From Candidatus Aminicenantes bacterium (GTDB lineage: Bacteria > Acidobacteriota > Aminicenantia > Aminicenantales > UBA8522): a stretch of 32,557 nt of DNA. The position numbers and the translations under genes are program-made. The notes beneath the pieces are model-generated. The model made no database searches. It was not told the origin of the DNA and saw only the letters and a list, made by a program, of their open reading frames with translations. The stretch is from contig JAFGRZ010000169.1 of assembly GCA_016934895.1 (NCBI GenBank), positions 1-32,557 of the forward strand, read 5' to 3'. Each line of letters starts with the position of its first letter. Position 1 is the first letter of the stretch. Of this stretch, positions 1 through 6,409 are shown one piece after another.

Positions 1-62
1 CTGAGAAGTAATCCTTCTCATGGGCGGCGCTTTCTGATAAAATTTGAGAGGTTGCCGGATTC

Positions 63-488
63 ATGAATGCCATGAGGGTCCAGAGTGAGCTCAAAGAGCT
101 GGACAAAGTCCGCCGGTTTCTGAAGGCCAATTTAGAGAACCTGGAGCTCAGCGAAGAGGATATCTATAAAATCGAGCTCTCGCTCGTCGAGATGTGCACC
201 AATATCATCCGCTACGCCTATCCGCGGGAGAAAGGGGAGATCGCGATCAAGGCCTGGCATGAAAAAGGCGTTTTTTCCCTGGAAATCCGGGACAACGGCG
301 TCCCCTTTGATCCCCGCCAGGTCAAGAGGCCGACCCTCAAGGAGATGATCAACCGGGAGGAAATGGGCGGCCTCGGGATCTTTCTCGCCCGGAAGCTGAT
401 GGACCGGTTTGCGTACCGTCGCGAGGACGGTCAGAACATCTTGACGATGTCCAAGAAAGCCCACGAAAAAAAGGCGAACCGTCAGTAG
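63..488 (+). CDS. RsbW/SpoIIAB-type anti-sigma factor serine protein kinase (GHKL ATPase fold)
   Basis: 141-aa ORF of typical size. N-box-like ELSLVEMCTNIIRYA, G1-like IRDNGVPFD, G2-like GGLGIFLARKLMD. GAGAGG lies 11 nt upstream of the ATG. Confidence 0.8.
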   Translation: MNAMRVQSELKELDKVRRFLKANLENLELSEEDIYKIELSLVEMCTNIIRYAYPREKGEIAIKAWHEKGVFSLEIRDNGVPFDPRQVKRPTLKEMINREEMGGLGIFLARKLMDRFAYRREDGQNILTMSKKAHEKKANRQ

Positions 489-1303
489 AGGACTTCGGCC
501 TCGCTGCTTTTCCCGATCCGCTTGTTGATGTGGTCGATGATCAGGTCTTTCCTCGCCAAAACGGCGTTGATTTCGTCATCCGTCAGATAGCTGCCGATAA
601 AACCTTTGATCTCATCGAAGGTGAGGGCCTTCATTTTCTCGAAGATCTCACGGGGCATGTCCTTTTGCATGAGGCCTTCTTTGTTTTTTTCTCCGTAAGG
701 GATCTGCGTCGTCCATTTCTTTCCGGTCCGGAAACTGCGCGAATGGTCGATCAAGAGGATTCTCCAGTCTTCGGTGATGAGATAGTTGTTCTGGTGGCGG
801 TCCTCGTTGCCGATGAGGTTGTCGAAAAAGCGTTGCAGATTGAGCGCCCTATTCCAGCCGAAAACCTTGATCGGGGGGGTCTTGATCTTTTGCTCGAACT
901 TGGTCTTCATCGTCATTTTGGAGGGAACCCAAAGCTGGCAGGAACCGGGGTTGTTGTGGAATCTTTTCTCGACCGTCGGCGGAACCATGTTGAGACCCAG
1001 GCGCTTGTCGAAGAGGTAGGCGGCGATCTCGTACTTCCAGCCCTCGATATAGCCTTTGACGCGGCCCTGCACATCTTTCCAGAGGGCGTCGTTGGTGATG
1101 CCGTCAAGCTCGAGGGTGAGACGCCAGGGATTGGTAACGGCTTCCGATTTGATCTGCTCATCTTTGACAATGTCGGCGTTGATGAGAAACTCCTCCCACT
1201 TCGCCCTCTCGGCGATTTCCTCGGGTGTGAATTGGGCGAAACAGGGGACCAGCGAGGCGAGGAAGATGATCCCGAACGATGCAACCTTCATTCTCTTTTT
1301 CAT
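482..1303 (-). CDS. Exported PI3/PI4-kinase-fold protein, paralog 1 (catalytic motifs intact)
   Basis: 273 aa with SD AAGGAGG before ATG 1303. Signal peptide MKKRMKVASFGIIFLASLVPCFAQ|F. Motifs ALWKDV, WKYEIAAYLFDKRLGLNMVPPTVEKR, GSCQLWV, IGNEDRHQNNYLI (DRHxxN catalytic loop) and LLIDHSRSF (DFG-equivalent). Paralog of 1337-2173 and 3264-4058. Confidence 0.75.
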   Translation of the reverse strand: MKKRMKVASFGIIFLASLVPCFAQFTPEEIAERAKWEEFLINADIVKDEQIKSEAVTNPWRLTLELDGITNDALWKDVQGRVKGYIEGWKYEIAAYLFDKRLGLNMVPPTVEKRFHNNPGSCQLWVPSKMTMKTKFEQKIKTPPIKVFGWNRALNLQRFFDNLIGNEDRHQNNYLITEDWRILLIDHSRSFRTGKKWTTQIPYGEKNKEGLMQKDMPREIFEKMKALTFDEIKGFIGSYLTDDEINAVLARKDLIIDHINKRIGKSSEAEVLY

Positions 1304-1336
1304 GATCCCTCCTTTCTTTTCCGGGCCTCGGCGGCC

Positions 1337-2173
1337 TCAGTAGAGGACTTTGGCTTCGCCGTTTGCTTTGATCATCCCTTCGATCTCGGCCAAGAGAAGC
1401 GCTTTGCGCTTGATAACCGCCTCGATCTCTTTGTCGGTCAAGTAGGGGCCGACGGCTTCCTTGACGGACTGAAAATCGAGTTTCTTCACGTTATCGACGA
1501 ACCAGCGGGGAAGCCGCCGGAATAAAATCGCCCTGCCGTCAGACCCCCTTTTGAGTCCGTTGGCTCCGAACAAGAGTTTATCGGTATATTCTTTGCCCGA
1601 ACGGAACGCCTGGGAATGGTCGATCAGGATCATCCGCCAGTCCTTGGTATAGAGAACGTTTTGCTGGGTCCGGTCGTCGTTGGCGACCAGGGAGTCCCAG
1701 GCCCTGGTCAGGTATTTCGTGTTTTCGGTCTGGAGGCGAGCGCTTTCCGGGATCTCGATCCCTTCTTCCACGATCTCGAGAAGGCTGTGCTCGCTGGTGA
1801 CCCAATAGACGAGGGCTCCGGGCTTGCCGTTGAATTCCCTCTCCACGGCCGGAGGGACCATATTGATCCCGAGGAGTTTATCCAGCCTGTAGGCGGCGAT
1901 TTCGTATTGCCAACCTTCGAGGAAGCCGTCGCGCAAACCCTTCGGGTTTTTCCAGCAGGCTTCGGCTTTGGTGTTGTTTCTCTGAAGATAGAACTTGAAG
2001 GGCTTGGTGACGCCCTCTCCGATCTCCTCGGACCGGAGGATTTGGGCCGTTTGCAGGAATTCCTCCCAGAAAGGCCGTTGGGCCACCTCATCCGCCGTGA
2101 ACTGGGCGTCCAGCGGAGGGACGGAGACCATGAAAACGACGAGAAATGGCAAAAGCGCGTTCAGGCGCTTCAT
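1337..2173 (-). CDS. Exported PI3/PI4-kinase-fold protein, paralog 2 (catalytic His replaced: DRTQQN)
   Basis: 278 aa with SD GAGGGAG 6 nt before the ATG. Signal peptide MKRLNALLPFLVVFMVSVPPLDAQ|F. Motifs ACWKNP, WQYEIAAYRLDKLLGINMVPPAVERE, VANDDRTQQNVLY, ILIDHSQAF. Lies 33 nt upstream of paralog 1 on the same strand. Confidence 0.75.
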   Translation of the reverse strand: MKRLNALLPFLVVFMVSVPPLDAQFTADEVAQRPFWEEFLQTAQILRSEEIGEGVTKPFKFYLQRNNTKAEACWKNPKGLRDGFLEGWQYEIAAYRLDKLLGINMVPPAVEREFNGKPGALVYWVTSEHSLLEIVEEGIEIPESARLQTENTKYLTRAWDSLVANDDRTQQNVLYTKDWRMILIDHSQAFRSGKEYTDKLLFGANGLKRGSDGRAILFRRLPRWFVDNVKKLDFQSVKEAVGPYLTDKEIEAVIKRKALLLAEIEGMIKANGEAKVLY

Positions 2174-2223
2174 GATAATCTCCCTCGACAGCCCATTTTT
2201 CCCGAAGTCCTCAAGCGAATCCT

Positions 2224-2252
2224 ATGATATTCATATTGCCCCCAAAAATCAA
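2224..2252 (-). promoter_or_regulatory. sigma70-like promoter for the paralog2-paralog1 operon
   Basis: On the minus strand: TTGATT (2252-2247), 17-nt spacer, TATCAT (2229-2224). It sits about 50 nt upstream of ATG 2173. Confidence 0.45.
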
Positions 2253-2264
2253 CAGCGAAATATT

Positions 2265-2292
2265 TTGACAGAAATCCTGTCGATGTTATAAT
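2265..2292 (+). promoter_or_regulatory. Consensus sigma70 promoter for the beta-propeller lipoprotein gene
   Basis: Perfect TTGACA (2265-2270), 16-nt spacer, perfect TATAAT (2287-2292). It is back-to-back with the minus-strand promoter at 2224-2252. Confidence 0.6.
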
Positions 2293-2378
2293 TTCCGCCT
2301 TCATGCCCCCCGGTGTTGACGGATTGTGGGAAAAGAGAGATTCGGGGCAAAAGGCCCATCTCAAAGAAAGGCGCACAG

Positions 2379-3224
2379 GTGAGATCGAAAAGGTTCGTTG
2401 GGGTGATCCTTCCGTTGATTGCTCTTTCATTCTGTTCGGGTCCGCAGCGCGCGCCGCGCATCCGGTTTCCCTATCTGTGGCTGGATGTCCAGGGCTTCGG
2501 CGGGGATATCGACAGGCAACACTTGACCGAACCCTCGGGAATCTCGTACCACCGGCAGAGGGATACGCTTTTTGTCGTGAGCGATGAAGGGGAGATCGCC
2601 GAGATCAGGAGAGACGGGACCCCGGTCGCCAATACCAAGGTCAGGGGGGACCTGGAGTCCGTCGCCGTCGTCCCGGAAACGGGACTTGTCTATATCGGCA
2701 TCGAAGGGGATGATGTCATTCTCGAGTTCGATCCCGTCAAGGGGGAGGTCACCCGGCGCTTTCCCATCAACCGGAGCTTCGATGGAGATCCCGATCTCCT
2801 GAAGAAAAAGACGGACGATTATGACAACGGCATCGAGTCCATGGCCTTCGTGCCCGATCCCGCGCACCCGGAAGGCGGGACGTTCTATGTCGGCAACCAG
2901 TGGGACCCGCCGATGATCATGGAGGTGCTCTGTCCCCTGAAATCGAGCCGGGCCGAGGAAGCCGAGGCCCGGATCATCCGGGTCCTGCCGTTCAGGATGG
3001 ATGACCCGGCGGCCATGTATTACGACCCGGTCACGAAGCTTCTCAACGTCGTCAGCGATGCCGATAACATTCTGGTGGAGATCACCCTAGAGGGCAGGCT
3101 GGTCAACGAGTACGCCTTTCCCGGCGACAACCAGGAGGGCGTATGCCGGGATGACGAGGGGTATCTTTACATCGCCCAGGATTCGGGCGGAATCCTCAAG
3201 GTCAAAGACCTGCGCCGGCGCTGA
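2379..3224 (+). CDS. SdiA-regulated / phytase-like beta-propeller lipoprotein
   Basis: The track ORF begins at GTG 2313. I prefer the in-frame GTG at 2379, which has GAAAGG 7 nt upstream. That start gives the lipoprotein signal MRSKRFVGVILPLIALSF|C. The body has SdiA-regulated-domain-like blocks (ISGISYHRQRDTLFVVSDEGEI, GDLESVAVV, GIESMAFVP, GYLYIAQDSGGI). Confidence 0.65.
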   Translation: MRSKRFVGVILPLIALSFCSGPQRAPRIRFPYLWLDVQGFGGDIDRQHLTEPSGISYHRQRDTLFVVSDEGEIAEIRRDGTPVANTKVRGDLESVAVVPETGLVYIGIEGDDVILEFDPVKGEVTRRFPINRSFDGDPDLLKKKTDDYDNGIESMAFVPDPAHPEGGTFYVGNQWDPPMIMEVLCPLKSSRAEEAEARIIRVLPFRMDDPAAMYYDPVTKLLNVVSDADNILVEITLEGRLVNEYAFPGDNQEGVCRDDEGYLYIAQDSGGILKVKDLRRR

Positions 3225-3263
3225 GAACGCCCTCCGCCGCCCGGCTCTCTTCGGAATTCCCGG

Positions 3264-4058
3264 TCAGAAGAGCACCTTCTCCGAGCCCTTCTCAGCGATT
3301 AGGGCCTCGATCTTTTCGAGAATGAGTTTCCTGCGGATGAGGCAGGCCTCGATCTCCTCATTATTGAGGTATCGACTGAGCGCCGCCCTGGCCGCCTCTT
3401 CATCGAATTCGTTGAGACCCTGGTAGAGCTTTTTGGAGCAGGCGGTCAAGGGGCAGCCCGGCAACAATTCGGGGACGGGAGCGAACGCTTCGGAGAAGTC
3501 CACCCGCCAAACCCGCCAATCCTCCGTCTGGATATAGGTGTCATCGAAATTATAACACTCGTCATAGGCGAGGCTCTCGAACACCTTCAACTCCTCCATG
3601 GCGTTGGCGAACGCTCCGGCGTCCGGCGGTTCGATTTTCTTCCGCTTCCGGTCCTTCTCGCGGATGCCGTTTTCAAGGTAGATCTGAAGAGTGCCCTTCC
3701 GCCCGTCGATTTCTCTCTCGACGACGGGAGGGATCCATTCGATGGAGAGAAGCTTACTGAGCTCATAGGCGGCGATGTCGTATCTATAGCTGTCGGCCAT
3801 GGGTTGAGGCCTCGGCCTATCCACATATCTGAAGAGGGCACGTCGGACGGCGCACTCCTCGGCGAATGTGATGATCCAGGGGCTCGTCCGCCCGGGTTCA
3901 TCCTTGCGGATTCCGGCGATCCGGCATTCCCGAAGGGCGGCCTCGATCGCGGTCCATTTGTTCTTCTCTTCAGCGGGCGCCTGGAACCGGGCGGAAATGC
4001 CCGATCCCAGGACGAAAAAGAGAAGAGCGAGAAGTATCGGAGTCGGTGCGGTCTTCAT
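3264..4058 (-). CDS. Exported PI3/PI4-kinase-fold paralog 3 (degenerate catalytic motifs; probable pseudokinase)
   Basis: 264 aa. Signal peptide MKTAPTPILLALLFFVLGSGISAR|F. It keeps YRYDIAAYELSKLLSIEWIPPVVERE, TEDWRVWRVDFSEAF and the C-terminal YLNNEEIEA...KVLF. The Lys motif is ALFRYV, and the catalytic loop is replaced by AYDECYNFDDTYI. Confidence 0.7.
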   Translation of the reverse strand: MKTAPTPILLALLFFVLGSGISARFQAPAEEKNKWTAIEAALRECRIAGIRKDEPGRTSPWIITFAEECAVRRALFRYVDRPRPQPMADSYRYDIAAYELSKLLSIEWIPPVVEREIDGRKGTLQIYLENGIREKDRKRKKIEPPDAGAFANAMEELKVFESLAYDECYNFDDTYIQTEDWRVWRVDFSEAFAPVPELLPGCPLTACSKKLYQGLNEFDEEAARAALSRYLNNEEIEACLIRRKLILEKIEALIAEKGSEKVLF

Positions 4059-5118
4059 TTTCTAGCCCCCATACGTTGAAATATCCGTTTTCAATGATCA
4101 GAGCCGCTGCGGGTCCGCCGTAGGCCTCGGAAATGCCCGTGTCCACGATCCAGACTCTGCCTCCGAAGCGCTGCATTTCCGTGGCCGTCTTGACCAGCTT
4201 GGGTGTGTGGGCGATGATCATTGTCTTGGCGCCGAGGTTACTCAGCGTCGCGTTCAGTTCGTCCTCAAGGTCCTCCTCGGGGACGGTCGCCAGCTCCCGG
4301 TACCAGAGGGGACTGTCCCCTCGATAGATGATCGAGGGCTGGACGATCCTGGGCGGCTGTGAACGCCGATAAGCGTGCCAATAGTCGGCGATTTCCAGGC
4401 GGTAGCGGTCGTTGATCTCCCGGAGCCCCCACCTCGAGTATTTTTCACTGATTCCGCCGTGGACAAAGACGACGTCATTGATTTTGATGGCGACGTTGAG
4501 CCGGCGCAGCCAGTCTCCGTACTCATCGTTGAGATGGATCACATACTTACTTTGGGCGGCCCGGGTTTTTCGGAGCGATTTCCAGAAATCGTCGATCACA
4601 TCTTTCGGCCTGAAGGAGCGGCCCCGGGAGCGAAGCTTGAGAATCTTCTCGGCCAGTGCATCCTCTTGCTGCTTTCGGTAGTCGTCGGGGAGGAAAGAGA
4701 TGAATTGATCGAGCGTAACGGCCTCGGCCATGGTGCTGAAAACGACGCCTGTGAGGTTCATTTCCTCGTGGTTGCCGAGAAGGACGTGGACCTTTCCGCC
4801 CGCCGCCTCCGCCTCTTCCTCCAATCGGCGCAGGAGGTCGAAAATTCGCCGCGCTTCGGGACCGCGGTCCATGACGTCGCCCGTCTGGACGAGGTGGACA
4901 TCTCCGGCGGCCCAGTGGAGATCGCGATCGACAAGGCCGGTGCCCTTGAGGATCTTGACAAAGTTTCTATAGTCGCCGTGAAGGTCGCCGACGACGGCGA
5001 TCCGCTCGACGTCGGTCCATTCATAAGGAATATCGCGCGACGCCGAAAGCCCTGATAAAACAAGCCATAATAACGAGAAAAGACAAAACAGCAGCCGCCT
5101 GGTCCGCGCAGAACGCAT
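3970..5118 (-). CDS. Exported PPP-family Ser/Thr phosphoprotein phosphatase (calcineurin-like metallophosphoesterase)
   Basis: 382 aa. Signal peptide MRSARTRRLLFCLFSLLWLVLSGLSAS. PPP motifs GDLHGD, GDVMDRG, GNHE, VHGG. The last ~31 codons overlap the start of 3264-4058 by 89 nt and look non-native, so the true 3' end may be near 4062 (see finding). Confidence 0.8.
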   Translation of the reverse strand: MRSARTRRLLFCLFSLLWLVLSGLSASRDIPYEWTDVERIAVVGDLHGDYRNFVKILKGTGLVDRDLHWAAGDVHLVQTGDVMDRGPEARRIFDLLRRLEEEAEAAGGKVHVLLGNHEEMNLTGVVFSTMAEAVTLDQFISFLPDDYRKQQEDALAEKILKLRSRGRSFRPKDVIDDFWKSLRKTRAAQSKYVIHLNDEYGDWLRRLNVAIKINDVVFVHGGISEKYSRWGLREINDRYRLEIADYWHAYRRSQPPRIVQPSIIYRGDSPLWYRELATVPEEDLEDELNATLSNLGAKTMIIAHTPKLVKTATEMQRFGGRVWIVDTGISEAYGGPAAALIIENGYFNVWGLENEDRTDSDTSRSSLFRPGIGHFRPVPGAR

Positions 5119-5126
5119 CTCTTTTT

Positions 5127-5154
5127 ATACTAGACTATCCTGAGGATTAGTCAA
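5127..5154 (-). promoter_or_regulatory. Possible sigma70-like promoter for the phosphatase-paralog3 operon
   Basis: On the minus strand: TTGACT (5154-5149), 16-nt spacer, TAGTAT (5132-5127). Only 8 nt separate the -10 element from ATG 5118. Confidence 0.3.
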
Positions 5155-5168
5155 GCCGGACCCTGGAT

Positions 5169-5197
5169 TTGACTCTCAGAAGACGAACTGCTATGCT
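5169..5197 (+). promoter_or_regulatory. sigma70-like promoter for the ABM-fold gene
   Basis: TTGACT (5169-5174), 17-nt spacer, TATGCT (5192-5197). Its position argues against the track start at 5169. Confidence 0.4.
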
Positions 5198-5234
5198 TGC
5201 TTTGATGCGCAAAAGGATGAAGGAGGGAGATCAT

Positions 5235-5528
5235 ATGTACGCACGCGTGACCGTGATCAATGTCAAGCCGGACAAGGTCGACGAGGCCATCGCGCTCTAC
5301 GCGAACAGTGTCGTTCCCGCTGCCAAGTCCCAGCAAGGATTTATCGGGCTCTACCTCCTCTCGGACAAGCCGACGGGAAAGGGCATGGCCATAACCATGT
5401 GGGAGTCGGAAATGGACGCCCTGGCCAATGAGCGCAGCCGCTATTACCAGGAGCAGCTGGTCAAGTTCATCGAGTTTTTTCAGTCCCCGCCGATCCGCGA
5501 GGGTTATGAGATCAGCGTCCGGGCCTGA
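5235..5528 (+). CDS. Antibiotic-biosynthesis-monooxygenase (ABM/Dabb) fold protein
   Basis: AGGAGGGAG at 5221-5229 precedes ATG 5235. The 97-aa product MYARVTVINVKPDKVDEA...MAITMWESEMDALA has the ferredoxin-like ABM pattern. Confidence 0.65.
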   Translation: MYARVTVINVKPDKVDEAIALYANSVVPAAKSQQGFIGLYLLSDKPTGKGMAITMWESEMDALANERSRYYQEQLVKFIEFFQSPPIREGYEISVRA

Positions 5529-5573
5529 ACCGCGCGCGATGTCGAGGCCGCGAAAGAACCCGGGCGGGCGGTA

Positions 5574-5602
5574 TTGCCTCTCTCTCTGAATTGGATTATA
5601 TT
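5574..5602 (+). promoter_or_regulatory. sigma70-like promoter for the NYN-LOTUS gene
   Basis: TTGCCT (5574-5579), 17-nt spacer, TATATT (5597-5602). The track start at 5591 lies inside this promoter. Confidence 0.35.
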
Positions 5603-5641
5603 GAGGGACAGCACAAAACATCATCCTCCAGGAGAATCACC

Positions 5642-6409
5642 ATGGTCGAACAATTCGGCGACAGCCAGGCGGCCAAGATCGCCATGCTCATCGACGGGGA
5701 CAACGCCCAGCCGACTCTCATCGGCGGGATCATCACCGAGACGGCCAAGCACGGCGCGATCACGATCCGCCGGGTTTACGGAGACTGGACGACGGCTAAT
5801 ATGGCCGGCTGGAAAAACGTCCTGAATAACTATGCTATCCAGCCCATCCAGCAATTTCGCTATACCGTCGGAAAAAACTCCACGGACAGCGCCATGATCA
5901 TCGATGCCATGGATCTCCTCCACAGCCACCTCGTCAACGGATTCTGCCTCGTTTCGAGCGACAGCGATTACACCCGCCTGGCGACGCGGATCAGGGAAGC
6001 GGGTGTTTTCGTTATGGGGATCGGAAAAACGACCACCCCCAAGGCCTTCGTCAACGCCTGCAACATTTTCATCGTCACCGAGAACCTCTCTCCCAGGCAA
6101 ATCCCCCGCCGGGGAAAAGGGCCGGCCAAAGCGGCCCCTCCTAAAGAGGACAAGCCCAAGGAGCTCGATCCGCTGCCCCTGCTCCGGGGCGCCTATGAAA
6201 TGGCCGTCCAGGAGGACGGCTGGGCGAACCTGGGAACCCTCGGATTCTATCTCCATCAGCTCGACCCGAGCTTTGATCCCCGCACGTACGGCTTCAAACA
6301 GTTGTCTCAGCTCATCAGGAAGCATTCCAACTCGTTTGAGCTCAAGTTCCGGGAAGAAGGCGGGACGACCAACGTCTATATGAGAAGCAAGGAATCGCCC
6401 GCACCCTAG
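5642..6409 (+). CDS. NYN-domain (LabA-like) protein with C-terminal OST-HTH/LOTUS domain
   Basis: AGGAGA lies 6 nt before ATG 5642. NYN blocks: [46 protein letters not shown] basic Pro/Lys linker follows, then a LOTUS-like stretch [33 protein letters not shown]. Confidence 0.75.
   Translation: MVEQFGDSQAAKIAMLIDGDNAQPTLIGGIITETAKHGAITIRRVYGDWTTANMAGWKNVLNNYAIQPIQQFRYTVGKNSTDSAMIIDAMDLLHSHLVNGFCLVSSDSDYTRLATRIREAGVFVMGIGKTTTPKAFVNACNIFIVTENLSPRQIPRRGKGPAKAAPPKEDKPKELDPLPLLRGAYEMAVQEDGWANLGTLGFYLHQLDPSFDPRTYGFKQLSQLIRKHSNSFELKFREEGGTTNVYMRSKESPAP

Noticed and set aside
1-66. A possible 3' end of an upstream gene (frame 1 open to TGA 64-66, ATGA overlap with the RsbW-like start), or alternatively a promoter (TTCTCA-17-TGaTAAAAT at 15-43).
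   Set aside because: Only 21 codons are visible and the peptide (LRSNPSHGRRFLIKFERLPDS) has no recognisable motif. The two interpretations conflict, and neither can be supported from this window.
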